A stretch of 64,000 nucleotides of DNA from Lytechinus pictus (taxonomy: Eukaryota). The stretch spans positions 14,758,001 to 14,822,000 of the forward strand of contig NC_087251.1 in NCBI RefSeq assembly GCF_037042905.1. Direction: 5' to 3'. Below the pieces are notes generated by a model. The model was not told the origin of the DNA. It ran no database searches and worked only from the letters and a program-made list of their open reading frames with translations. The position numbers were made by a program, and so were the translations under genes. This document shows, piece by piece, positions 48,043 to 63,000 of this stretch (its first letter is position 1; the number at the start of each line of letters is the position of its first letter).

Positions 48043-51000
48043 CTGGGTAATAAAAAGGGACAGTAACATCATGGTAAACGACCATAATTAAGTGCATTTG
48101 TACGTAAAGTTCCGAGGGTAGAATGAAAGTTTTGAAATGTACATTGTAAACTCAAGGGTCAACAGAAAACAAGCAATCTCGGCTTTCATGGGATATCCTA
48201 TCAGGGCATTTGAAACTCCCAAACCTTCTTTGGGTTATGTATTGTTATACAATCAGGGTATATCAACAAAAAAAGCTTTCTATGCATCATTCCTGGGGGT
48301 GTCATGGTCTAGTGGTTTTGACTCTCATTTTTCAATGTCAGAGACATGAGTTTGATCCCAGCCATGGCATGTTTTCTTTCAGCAAGGAATTTACCCACAT
48401 TGGTTGAGTGGTGAATGGGCTGGGCTGCCTGGGCACTCAAGAATTCAAGGAATGCTTCAGTGCCTAGGCAGCCCAGTTAAAGCCAGGGTAAAAATAATAG
48501 CAGGGCATACTGGGAGAACAGTTTTCGGAACTGAAGTGGCTACGCTGGGTAATTAATGTTCTTATTATGAAATTAAATGTGTACTGTAATCTCAAATCTA
48601 AGATTGAAAACTATTGGGCACCATTTGAGCAACCTGCAAGATAAAAAAATATTGAAATACATGTAATTTCTCAAAATTAACTATATTTGGCATATCAGGG
48701 CCAAAATGACTGTCTTGTTTCATTTTGTTTTTCAATTTTAAGCCTGGGCATCTGTATTATTTGTATTCATTAGCCATTATTTTACCGATTCATTAGAGAA
48801 ATTCTATTGGTTTAAAAAATTGAAAACCCCAGAAGCTACAGATACATATCTTGACACAAATAACATGGACCACAGCTAATTAATAACCTGGGAATGCATT
48901 CCTGAACATTTGTCATCTTGCTAACTCTCCTTGATTTTCAAAGGCTAAGCACAGGTGTCAACTGTTACTATGGTAACTGTCAGACCAAACATCAGACAAG
49001 TACTTTCATTAAATACTCCCTGGAAAACCTGATGTTTTTCAAATTGGATTTTCAAACAGATTGAAAAGGTGTGAACTATCCTACTTCAGCAAAAACAAAA
49101 TGGAAAAAAACACAATGAAAATCAATTTAAAAAAAAAAAAAGTCTGAATATCTATATGCTTACTTATTAGCTGAATCTGTCTTTGTGGTGGCAGATAGGT
49201 TGGCAAGTCCTACGTTGATGACATTGAAACCACTCTGGGCATGGTTGGGTTTCTTACCAGTAATCACTAAAGCTCTTACAATCCTAGGAAGAAAAAAAAA
49301 TGTATGTCAAGGTATATCTCTCTTGGTGCGAAGGGGATTTGCTTGTTCCAATTTTTTTAACTCTTAACAATGGATACCTCTAAAACATCTACACTCTCTA
49401 TTACAGTAAATTCTACATTACTTTTTTAGTGATTCTAAATATATGTAATTTATTCAATTTTATGCAAGACAACTGGGCTTGATACATTTTGTAAACAACT
49501 TCCATTACATCCTATATCGTTTGCTTTGATGACTTTCTACACACATTGTATTTTTTCTGTACTGATATGCTTGATCCATATAATTCAAGCACACTTAAGC
49601 ATTGTTCAAGTTTCTATATTGCAATGACAGAATAGAAAATTTATCAAAGTTGTCTCTTTGTTCATTCCTGCAGTTTAACAAGAATAAAGCTAGTTTGCAT
49701 TAAATAATATAATTATGACTACCATCAATGCCGCAGTTGGAAAAGCAGAGTAAGATAATCCCCAAGTTAATTTTTTCATGTTGCCCCTCTTACTTGATTC
49801 AGCATTTAAAGCATTGATACTTACTTGCAAGCCCAGAACATCAAGTCAAGAGTAAGATGAACCTGAATATAAACCCTCCTGTCGAGCTTGAGTTTATCTA
49901 CAGCATTCAGAGAAGTTTGTGACTTGCGTATCCTTCTCATGGCAGTCTACACAGAAGGAAAAGAGAATTAGGAACTGTGAAGATGGTATCGAACCAAGAT
50001 GAGGCACAAAGAGAAAACCAACCCTATAAAAGATCAGTGGGAGGGTGGTATGAGTCCACCAATAATTCACAAATACAGACCCATCAACCTCCTTTCTAAC
50101 ACTCCCATCCACGTAACCAATACAGTCAACATCTAGTCATAATACTACCACCATGACTCTAGGACAACTCACATTGATGACTTCGAGTGTCATGAACTCC
50201 AGATCAACACTGTCCGTATCCTGGATGACCCGACAGAGGAAGGAGCCCTCTTTGGCCGGTATGACCACTGATTTGTGAGTGATGGGTAGATCTAGTTGAT
50301 TGAGTGTTGCCTGGGTGAGGTAGGTATCGATGCGACCGACTTCAAGGATAGCTTCACCAAGCGGTGAGTCAGGGTCCTGTAGCATGTGACGATTGATCAT
50401 TGCAGACAGGTTGCAATGGAGAAATTCCTGCAAGAAACCAAACAACAATACTACTTGATAGCAACATTTTTCATTTTGGGTCTAAAAATTTGAACACCTT
50501 GAAAAAAAAATATATCATTCAAATGTACATTGTATCTTTTGCAACCTCAGTCACAATTGCAACAAAAAAATAATTATTATTAAAAAGGGATAAGAAATTT
50601 GAAGCCTGTTGCATGAAATGGTTGCATGAAATGCAAGTCCCAAATATTAGCTTTTGGTTGGCTGAAAACCAAATGAAGTTTCAATTTTTAGTTGCATTTG
50701 ATTGAAATTCTTAACAAACCCCTGGTCGTGTGGTTTGATAGTGGAAGAAGAGGCATATACAAAGGACTACACAAAAATGTTTAGCCTAAATTCTTCAGCC
50801 ATTCCTTGTCATATCTTGACTGACGGTACAACAAGAGTAATCTCATTGATCAGTAAGAGGTGTGGAGTGCTTCTTATGAGTATGATCTAACCAATGTAGT
50901 GATGCATTATATACCACTCACAACTGATAGATAAAGGAAGATTTTTAATTCCACTTAAATCTTTGTGAACACCCTCCCCCCTTTGATGATGATGGTGATG

Positions 51001-54000
51001 GTGGTGATGATGATGATCATCATCATCATCATATAACTCACCAGAGGTGTTGATGCATTCCAAGACAGGCCTGCTGCAGCGATGTAACCTGGCCAGCTAA
51101 GTACTGGATGATTGGAGTAAGTACAACCAGCCCAGTTGGTCAATAGGAGACCAATGGCATTGGGGTTTGTAGTAGCTGTCTTGATGGCATTAGATATGTT
51201 ACAGATAGAGCCTTCTGGACCACCACCCAAACTGAAACAAATTCATAGATGTAAAAAATTATAAACAATATCAAAAGAAATGCAAATTAACATCAAATTC
51301 AAACCATAGAAAATATAAATATATGTATCACAACAGTAGTGTAAAAGATTGTAATTGATAATTTGACCAAATTAAATTACTATGAGGACGTGCGTTCAAA
51401 TTACAAAAGAATGCAATAAATGATAAATGAAGTATAATGAGATTCTAACCTAAGTAATCACAAATATCACTGAAGTACTAGTCAGTCAAAAGAATGTAAC
51501 TGTTTAAAATGATTTACATAATCACCAGATCATAGAAAATATGTGTAAAAATATTAAACATTTCAAGGGCAATTAGTTGTAATATCATTCTGTAAATAAA
51601 TAAAACTTGTTTAAAAAAAAAACACATAACTTGAATGTAGGATATGGATAAACCATTCCCCTTTTCTATCATAATGTAACATCTAATTCCTGATATGCAT
51701 TCTGCAAGAGCACAGTTTGAAAAGATTAAATAGAAATAAAGAAACCTACCTATTCCAGACACCTGTTCCAGGGCACACATAGAAACCTTGTCTGAAAGGA
51801 GAAGATGAAAAATTAGACCAAAAAATGTGCTAAATGAAAATAAAGCATTCACATATCAACTCAGCCTGCTTAAAAACTTTGAGTGGTATTCTGATACTTA
51901 AACTGGGGTGTAACTTCAGACTAAATTGAAAGTTTAATCCACAGGTTTACGGAATGTCGAGCTCATCCTCCTTATTCAACATTCATAATAAGATAGTGCA
52001 TCAAATAATTCACTGTGAACTCAACCAATCCCTTTTCTTTTTCATTTAATTTAAAAAATAATTGTTTTGGATAACTTTTCAAAAGGGGATTAAAATAGTT
52101 TGTATTTGGTTAATGAATTGGCAACTGACATCCATCAAAGCAAGCAAGAGAGATATGGGGAGGGGGAGCAAGTAGTCCTATTGCAATCAAGAATATGTGA
52201 CTGGGTACATATAACTTACCCACTTCCAAGTAGCTTCTTTCCTGACTTCTGAAAGTCAGAGTTGCTCTGGAAAGAAAATAACCCAGGTTACTTTTAAAGG
52301 GCTGAATTAACATTGTACAAATAGGATAATTTTACTTCTGATCAAATGAAACCAACATAACCAATAATGTCAGAATGTCTAAATAAACGAAAGACAATAA
52401 AAGCTTACTTTACACCGTGCTTGCAATTTAAAGGCATTCATACATTATAATACAGGAAGTGTGTGAAGTTACCAAATCTATCCTCCTATTCTACACTTGG
52501 CTATTGCATATTATCAGATAATTAATAATAATATTATTTATATAGCGCACGTATCCACCTTGTAAGGTGCTCAAGGCGCTCCTATATTACCCCAGCTATT
52601 AAGAGTCTACCGAATTCGGTGCTCACAGCTTTTAGAGGAAATACTACCTGACGGTACCCATTTACCTCAATCAATTTAACATCATACAGTAGTCAGCAGA
52701 GAAAGAATGAAGATATACAACTCTACACACACAAGATATCATATAGAATGTCCGTACAAGAGTCCTTATACAAGGGTGTATTGTTTTACACACCAATGCT
52801 TATCAGATGATCAAGGTGATTTTCATGATACAATATATGACAAGAATTATATGTATAGGAATCATCGCACAAGGGTATTATGGCTTACATACCCTTGCCT
52901 CGGAATCTCATCTGAACAAATGGTTCAGTTACTCTCTCTGCTCCAACAAAATGCCAAACTAATGATCTTAAAGTTCAGCAAGATTTGTATAAGCAGATAT
53001 CATCCACATACAATTTTTTGTAAATGGAATGGGTAATTAAACATGAGAAAATAATGATCTGCTCATTTCATATTTATTAGAGTGGAAACAATGATATTGA
53101 TAATTCCAAATACCATAATTATTGGATCAAACAAAGCTTATAATGAAGAGGAATCACACAATGAATGTCAATATTGATAGAATGCATGTTCAGATTTGAA
53201 AACACTTGTGCTCTGTGAAAATGACTAAATTTTCTGGGAGTTCCATTTCCATAATTAAATCCAATAATAGCACTAATACAAGAATAGCACTTGGAAAACG
53301 AAAGTGCCCAGGTGTACGAACAGAAAACTATTCCTCGCATTTAAATATAAAAAGGAAGGCACAATAGAAAGCATGCAAACAACCATTACAAATATTGTCA
53401 ACAGAATTTCATTGACCATGTAGAATTTTTCAAACTGGAAAAGGCAGTATAAAGTGCAACTTACTTTGGAGCCATACAGCATAGCTACACTTCCTATGGG
53501 GAGTTGTTTGAAGCTGGTCTCATATACAGAGATAACATTAGCACAGAAGAGTGCTGTTTGATTCCTTCCAACGCCTATCAACCTCAGTTGATCTTGTATA
53601 CTTAGAATGAATGGTGACGGTCTTGGGAGTTCTACTTCATCCTCTTGTACTACTGTCATACAGAAAAAAGGATGATCGGTCTTTCAAAACATATCATTAA
53701 ATCATAATATAGAGACGTTCTCATATCAGAAAAACAGACAAATAATGAAAACTAATCAGCAATTTGCACATTCAACATTTCATTCTTTTCATTCGTTTAT
53801 TAGCATGCAATGGAACATTCACATTTCTAAAGAAAATAATGCACATTCTTGCCTTCCTAAATGACTTCTTTGAATTTTGCTTTCATGCTGACAACATCCA
53901 TGAAAACATTCTTGCATTACTAAAAAGATGTTTACTTTCACACTTGCGCATTCTCAGGTATCATTCCCTATCAGCAGGAGTAAACAAGTATACCGAATCT

Positions 54001-57000
54001 TTCTCTACTCAGATTACTGTATATACCATTTTATTGCTTTTTCTTTATAAAGATTAACAAATCAAAGTTGAGTTTGGCTGATTTACTGAGGATTTCTTAG
54101 CTGTGTGGTCAGGGATCCATAACACAAATGTTTGCAATGGATAGGAAACATCAAGTATGAAAGGACGACATTGATTGGTTTCTCACCAATGTTTTATACA
54201 AATAGTGCATATAACATTGATCTTCAATTGATCACCAGACTTCTAGGTTTACCTTCTGCTTCTGGTTCCGTCTCTGTTTCTCCAGACTCTGTCGTCTTGG
54301 TGTCCGATGATTCCTTCTTTGTAGTAGGATCAGGTGTCTTTGACTGATCTGTTGAGGTGTTTCCATCTTGTGGTGTTTCTGGACGAGGGCTTGGAGGAGG
54401 CACTGAATCTAACAGCTTCCTTGTCAAGTTTGGTCCAATGTTCACAACCCTGCAACACACAAAGCAAAAAAAAGTAGAAATGCATTTGGTTACCATAGTG
54501 TACAAAGGCATCTAAACTTTGCTTTAAGACACTCATTAACAATGATCATTTTAATTTACAAAGATCAAGAGCATTTCATCAACATTTCTTGTCCAACAAG
54601 TTGTCGGATCTGACAACTTTCCTTGATTTTAATTTGCTGAGAAGCACTGTTACTGTAGTATAGGTAACTGTCAGATAAAACAAACTTTGTTGGATAACAC
54701 ATCTGACAAGTACTTTTATAAACCGTTCCCTAGATTCCAACATGAACTGATGGGAATCACTCTAATTTAGCAGCTAAGAAAAGGTCACAGATCGTGCGTA
54801 ACATGCAAACAACATCAAGTCTGAATCAATACTTTTAAATCAAAGAAACAAAAATAAAAAAGCTGGCTACTAGATTTTTTTTCCTTGATGCTTCATTATA
54901 AAAGTTTGAGTTATATATGTCCTGTTGTTATATTATCTTGCTTTTTTAATAGTTCTTTTATTCTGATATTGCTAAACCTATCAGAATATGTTCCCTCACT
55001 TGGGTAGCCAACTCGACAAAACTTGACAAGCCAGCTGGCTTTAGTTAACTTTTCCCTTAATTCCTTTCTTACATGTACAGTGTAATTATCATATGTGTAC
55101 ATGTACACTGTAATTATCATATGTGTGTGCATGAACCAAGGTTTATTTAACGAGTGTCTTCTTCCTCTTCTTATTTACATTGTTTGTATATACACACTGT
55201 GTTAAATTCAATATGGAATTAGGGATAAATGAACTTGAAATACATGCATGGCTCTTACTTTGTGGATCCAAATCTTGATAGGACTTGTTGGAAGATTGAG
55301 AAGAGAGGAGGTGAAAGGTCACTATCTTCCATCAGATCAATGTGAGGAACTAACTTGATGAACCTCCACTGACAAAACACTTCCAGGTCAAGCAATTCAC
55401 TGCATGAGATCAATATAGGAGTTGAAGACTCTTTAAAAATGTTTAATGTGACTTCCAGAAAATGTCACAAACTGCATACATATAATTCATTATTCCATGA
55501 AAAACAAAATGCTGAAAACAATGCAAAGAACTGAATTATCAATTCTGATTGAAAATAATATAAATTAAAAAAAAACTTTGGTTGAAAAATTACCTTCCAG
55601 AATATGGCATGGTGTCATGTATAGGACTATCCTTGTATGCTTTCACATACAGATGAAGCTGTGGTGGAAAGGAAAATCAGAATGAAACAATGAAGTTAAT
55701 TTGGTGTCATATGTTTTAAATACAAGAGCAATACTTATCCGTATAGTTAGATTATTCTAAACAAAGGATATGTGACAGTCAGTGTTTTTGTTTTCCTTAA
55801 AATTACCATTTTCATTATCATTTCATCACCATCACTGTTCTTATTTAGTGTGGAAACAGCACATTTTAGCAAGCATCCCAATCAGCATCTCTCTAAGAGT
55901 CTTTCCACTATGAAAGGAATGAAAAGATGCTTATAAGGATTCCCACTGAATGATGTGGTCCAGACTTTCTTATTGCTTACCTCATTGTATTTGAGCTGAG
56001 CAAAACTATTCACAAGTTGAAGTAGAGTATCCTGAAAATGAAAACAATAACTCCAATTACAAACTTGATCATAGGTTTTATGTTCTATCCAAGTATACAT
56101 TTATTTACATAATTGAAAACAGATGAGCATGCAATCCATATAAATATCTAGTTTGTTTTTCACCCATCACCATAAGTCCCTTGCTTTTTTTTTTTTGAAA
56201 TTCTGATTCTTATCCTTAAGAAAAAAAGTCAATATGACTATCAACTAATCCAATACTATTAAATAAACTATCAACTAATCCAATATTATCAAATAAAAGA
56301 GATACTGTAAACCTTGTAAAGGTCAATACTTCTAGTCAATGCAAGAATCTTCTTTTTGATATGTTGTTTCACAAAAACTCAAGTTTGACTAAAAGTCATG
56401 CTAAACATTCAAAATCCATGTAAAAGTGGTATGATATGAATTCAGGGAACATTTGGTCAATTTTAAGGTGGGTTTTTGTTCTCACTTTCTCCCAAACAAA
56501 ATTTGTGAATGGTCTTTGTTTTAACGATCGTTTGAACATCAGTTAATCATTTTGACTCGGGTGAAACACCACTCTGATACATGAAACTAACTCACCATCC
56601 TTGGTACTCTGCCAGCTGATAAGTCTAACATGACAGCTCTATGTTTGATGCTAGGCCAATCAGATATCTAGTAGACAAAGAAATATGAATAGTAACATTA
56701 AAATATTCATCATCTTTGTGTAAGATTTTCATTCGTATGGATCTGGATGTGTGTGATTGCTTTTGTCTCTTCAACTGTCTGATGAAAGATGTATGCAGAA
56801 AAGAAAATAATCACATACATCCAGATCTAGACTTGGTTACATTCATATATATGCAGGTTGCTGTTTTTCTTTGATATTTTTAGTTACATCATGTTATACT
56901 TTAATTTGAATTATTTTTATAATTGATTACTGATTTTACTGTCTTTTTGTAATAACTTTCTTGTTATAGGGAATACATTTGCTAAATTGATTTGATATCT

Positions 57001-60000
57001 ATATCTTTTTTTTTAATTCATAATTGTAAAGTGCATAGATAATTACACCAGTTATCATGTACTTGATAAGTATCCTCTACTATTATTATCATTAAGATCA
57101 TAATTACAGATTAATTCCTGGTAAGATTGAGAGCCCTCTCTTGGTAATGTTTATAGGCTTGACTTACCTCAAGCTGTGGAATGCCATCCTTGTGACAGAG
57201 CTGGACCAACTGAACAAATGTACTTGTAGCATGCCATAGACCTGGAAGATCAGCAGCAACGATCGTCACCTGAAGGTACAATACGAAAAAGGATTGGTTA
57301 TTTTTTTTTTTTTTTGGTATCACCTCCCCCCCTTCCAAATGGCGGCTCATGGATTTCAAAATTACTTCATGTTTATAAACCCCAGAAAATATCATGGTCT
57401 CATTCATGGGGAAAATTAGGGATATAAAGTATATGAATCTAAGTGCTTCCAAACACTTTCAAATTGTCTGTTTCACTAAAGCTCATCTCCTAAATTAAAA
57501 CAAGTTTCATCAGACTTGACTACCATTATCTCACTCACACTCAAAAAACTGCAGCTATCAATCCTATAATAGCAAAAAAATTTGTTTTATTGGTCAGAGT
57601 CACAAATGTACACTTGTTGGCATGACATGGTCAACATAACAGTAGCATATAAAGAGTACAAGCAGTTTTTCCAATGAAGCCCAACTGCAAGTTTGTATCA
57701 AAACATGTACAAAAAGTTATTATCAATTGTACATGTAAATATAATTGTACAAATGCTATGTTAAAAAGGCTTATCTGCCATCTTCTCTACATATAACCTT
57801 TACCACTTTGTTACTTGGCAAAGAAGGGCATAGATCTGAGCTGTAGGATCTATGCACACTATGAAGTCCTTCAAAACACGATCTCTTTAGCCAGAATTCA
57901 CTAACGTGGTTTTGAAATCTATCGATTTAACTCATGGTTTATGCATATTTCATGTCCAATGCTGATGCACTCTTTTGTCATAGAGCACCAAAGTGGTGCC
58001 TGTTGCCATGGTTACGAATGCTACTTTATTAATGATTCCACTGTTTTGACCATTGGACTCATAAATTAAAAACAGTTGACTCATGAATAAAATAACGTTC
58101 TTAACCACGGCAACAGGCGTCAATTTGACAGACCAAGAATTGGTTACGAAGAGGTTACTTACCATCTTTTCACTGACTGATAACCTATAGCTTTCCTCTC
58201 TGCAGAATGGTAGAGGGTTGATAGTACAAACAATCTGAGCAGTAGGATCTAGGCATACTACAGAATTCTCCAAAACACAACGATAGCCTTTCTCCATCAA
58301 GACGGCTGACTGGATCGTCCAGAGGTCAACCATGGGTTCAAGGGTACCTGTACACGCATACATTCGTAATTCCGAAGCTTCGTTATTCCGAAGGTTCGGA
58401 TATTCCGAAGGTTCGTTATTCCAAAGGTTCATATTTCCGAAGGTTCGTAATTCCGAAGGTTCGTTTTTCCGAAAACGAAGTGAGGTTCGTAATTCCGAAG
58501 GTTCGTTAATCCCAAAACAAAATGAGGTTCGAAATTCCGAAGGTTCGTTAGTCCGAAAACGAAATGATTAACGAACCTTATTTCGTTTTCGGACTAACGA
58601 ACCTTCGGAACAACGAACCTTATTTTGTTTTCGGATTAACGAACCTTCGGAACAACGAACCTTATTTCGTTTTCGGATTATCGAACCTTCGGAATAACGA
58701 ACCTTCGGAATAACGCCACAAATGTTCGGATTAACGAACCCTTTTACGTTTTCGGATTAACGAACATCGAGGTATAGGCAATTTACGTGTTTCGGAATTA
58801 CGAACCTTCGGAATAAAGAACCTTCGGAATTACGAAGTGTAACCCCTGTACAAGGTCAAATTAATCAACTACCATGTTGAAGCTAGTATAAGTTGATAAA
58901 TGGTGTCATTATTTTGCATCATTTACATATTTTGACAGATGTAAAATGAACTGATTAATGAAGAGATCAATGCTGAACAAAAAAAAATGGTATTTATATT
59001 TAATTGTCATATTTTTGTTGTAGATTCGGGCAATGTTTGGAAAGAATTTGTCTCAATAACTTTAATGTTATGCATTTTCAGATATTCAGAGCTGCAACCG
59101 AATTTGGATCAAAATTGATAAAACATCTTGAAATATATCTTATATACTTCTTCAGATGCAGACATTCTGGAATCGTATAAAAAGAACTAAACAACAAATG
59201 AGAACTCGTTCTAATCACTTTTATAACCCTTATTATCGTCTTTATCATTGTGTCAATCAATGCCTCATCACCAAGCTAACCCCTAATAAGTCTCCTGCAT
59301 TCATTATTATCTTTTATGATGTTCATGTCTATATTAATGTTACTTTACACTAATTTATGTCAACTTCATTTATCATATGCTCAATTTCTATCATTGATGT
59401 TTGTAAGCATTTAATGAGCTGTCCTCATAACTGTTCAATTCTGAGATATAACATTTCCTAAAAATGAAACCAACTAAAATTCAAGTCAGTCATCACCTGA
59501 TTGAGGCATAGCTGCTAGTTGTACACTGAAATCCTGGCTAAGAGTAAATTTGTTTCCATTCTTCTGGACAAGCTGCTGAGGTTTGGGCCAGAGAAAGGCC
59601 AGCCTTGGGTCTTCTTCAACATCCTCCTCCTCCTCTTCCTCTTCTTCTACAGTCTCCACCTCAACCTCCCCGTCATCTTCCTCATCCTCGTCTTGGACTG
59701 ATGATGATACTTGAGGACTCGCAGCCTGCACAGAATATTTTCCATAAAACTATCATATATGAATTCATTTCATATCACTTGTATACTACGGCCACTTTAT
59801 TGAATTCACAATAGAGGAATAAAATTTCAAAATATGTAAATATAGAAAGTTGACAGTTTAGGTCATGATACATTACTTGTCAAAGTTCTCAAGATTTCTT
59901 CAGATTTTATTTGATATACAGTGCGTATCAAAAAAAAGTTTACACTTTGAAAAAGCACTGGGAATTAAAAAATATACAACATATGGGTAATTTTTCCACA

Positions 60001-63000
60001 TATAATCTTGGGTTTGGGTCTCATCTATCCAATGAAAGTAAAAGTTTTGTCAGAATGTTACACTTGAGTGAGCACTGTCCATTTTTGTAAAGCTCGTAGA
60101 AATCTGTTTGCGCAAAAATGCTCGTTTTCACACTGTGTCAAGGGGAAAGGGCGAAATCAAACTTACCCTGCGAAACATTTCTCATACATTTCCCTTGCAC
60201 TTTTAGTCAATTGAAATAAAACGGATACATTCAAGCATTTTGTAACAATTTTGTCACCCAAATTGAAATTTCAACACTTAGTAAGCACAACCTTTACCCT
60301 TTTTGAGGACATAACTTAATCTGAACAAAAGTTTATATCAGACATCTCCAGCATTTTTTCACTAAGTTTTTATAATTGAATGTGGGTTTACATTTCATTT
60401 TTCATTTAATACTTGTTTCTCCACACTTTTCCCAAGCTTGGCAATGATTAACAAAATGAAAATCAGGCTTAAGCCATTCCATGTAAATCACAGCTCAGTG
60501 TAAAGCAAATATTGTCATAATGGCCTCGGTGTGTGGGGGAGTGGAGTGGGGCAAAATGCACTCTTTAAGGTGTTTTGGGCAAGGAAACAAATCAAAAAAA
60601 GCAAAATATATCTTCAAATAAATTTTACTAGCAAAATTCCACGTGTTCTTCATGATTAAGGTCTACTTTTATTCGCATAACTATTTCAAAGTTCTGCGCA
60701 AATTATCATTTTTCACTAACTTTTCAAAAGTAAGTGGTGCTCACTCAAGCGGAAATATTTTTCGGCAGTTATATTGTCATTTGCTTAAATGGATCTGTAC
60801 CAATGTTAAAATGTGGAAAATCTTCAAGATATTACAAATGTATAATTTTACAGGATTTTTTCAAAGTGTAAACTTTTTTTTGATACGCACTGTATATACT
60901 GAGTTTATAATACAGGAATGAATTTTACAACAATACATAGACCTATTACTGTCAATGCAAGGCAGCAAATTGAATTTAAAGTAAACACATTACAGATGGT
61001 TCATACATGTGAGCCTGTGTAAATATTCCCAAGTAGATTGGTTCTCCTTACCTCTGGGGTTGTAGTAGAATCATCCTTGACAGATGAATCCTTCTCTTCT
61101 TCAGTCTTGACCTCCTCCAAAGTGACTGAAAAGAAAGGCACATCTACACCTACGTAAAACATAACATTACTCAACCTACTCTACATTTTAACATGAAAAA
61201 ATAACATATCAACAGACTAAACAATATAAGCTTTTAGAGCATGCAAGGGCATACCAGTTTAATTTGCAAAATTTGAAATCCCTTTAAATTGATTTGAAAA
61301 ATTTGTCGGCCATAACCTCCATGATTTTTTTTTTGGGGGGGGGTGGTCATTAGCAAAATCACTGACGTTTAGTATAGTCAAAGCAGTCCAAATACCTTCT
61401 GTTATCACCTTGGTTATGTCAGAAATTTAAAAATTTCCCTGTGTAATTCATTAAATTCCCTGACTAATAATAAGAATAAAACACTCACTATCTGCATCAT
61501 CAGATTGCTCTACTGTTTCACCATTCTGTCCATTCTCTGCGTGTCCATTCATGATGACTGGTGGGACTAATACATCTTTCAGTTCTTGACTATCCTCTGC
61601 TAAATCTAATGGACTCTTTCCTTCTGATTTACTAAATGGCATGAAAACAAAACAGCAAATATACATTAAATCATTTGAAGATGACAAGGCAATAACAACT
61701 GTGCACCTAGGAATAGAATATTTCTAAATAGACAGAATCACAAAATGAAAATTTTGTTGTTTCTTTCATTGTCTGTTTTTGATGAAACCAAGTTGATGTC
61801 AGGGTAAACTTCCCCTTTGAATTAAAGGCCTCATGTTCAATTGACTTTGTGTACAAAACCTCAATGAGCTTTGATGCTGGGCCATCCTATTCCTTTAAGA
61901 ATTTACTCACCCTCCTGTTGCTTTAGCATTGATGTCTGCACCCCCTGCAACCAGCTCCTTCACAATGTCAACATCCCCCCTCAAGACAGCATCATGTAAG
62001 GGTGTGGTCCCATCGGAATTAGTAGCGTTCACATCTGCATTGTGCTCTATATAAACATGACATGAACAGCAAATCAATTCAAAGATTCAAATCACATAGT
62101 ATCAATGGGGGATTTTAATGAATTTGGTAATTTGAATGAAAATCATCTGCGATCATCATCAACTAGCCATAATCTATCAAATCATTCAATGTCTTACAGA
62201 AAAAATATGTGTACATGTTAATGAAACACTGATTTAGTTCAAATGATTTTCAGACAAGCTGTAGAGGCATTCAAACTCAGTTATGAAACCATTCTGTTGT
62301 TAGGTATCCATCCAATAAACTAAATTTAATTTGTTTAACATTTCAATCAACAATCATTGTTATTAATATCATTTTATATATCAAAACAAATGAAATATCC
62401 ATATTGAGAGATAATATCTGCATAAACATCAAACATGGAAAAAAAACTATTAAAATAAATTACATATTAATACAAACAAAAAATATTCCAATAGCCAATT
62501 GATTTATTGAAGGGCAATTGGCAAGTGACCAGAAATCTTTGATAATAGCATTCTAATTTTCATCCTTCAATTGTATCAACCCAATGTTGCCAAGAATTAA
62601 ATTCAAGATCTTTCAATTAACGAGAATCTCTTGGAAACCAATGCCTCGAAAATCAATCTAAATTCGGGATCTCTTATACACACATAAAAACAACAAATGA
62701 TCTGAGATTTCATTTAATTTATACAGATTGGCATTATTTGAAATGAAATTAAATAACCATCACAGTTATGAAGATAGACTGCATTTCAAAGCACTTTGGA
62801 GGCCCAGTTTATACAAAATCATATGAATGGAAATATAATAATAAAAAACAACCTTGAAAGATATGTATTGTGTCTTTGTGTATGTACTGTACATGTCTAG
62901 TAGGATTAAGGTGAACTGTGTTCTAAATAAAACTTTTCATTTCAAGCCTTACCTAAGAGTATTTTGATGATTTCTAGTCCTGAGAAGCTAGCTGCCCAAT

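Noticed and set aside
56776..56806. Hammerhead ribozyme core (CTGATGA...GAAA)
   Set aside because: No stem II pairing between the core motifs.
58355..58844. CRISPR-like array (also 22770-22940)
   Set aside because: No unique spacers, inverted halves, a TSD and a eukaryotic intron context.
47904..59725. Bacterial contamination or recent horizontal transfer of the GH20-like region
   Set aside because: It is split by many canonical spliceosomal introns and is in frame with ankyrin exons.
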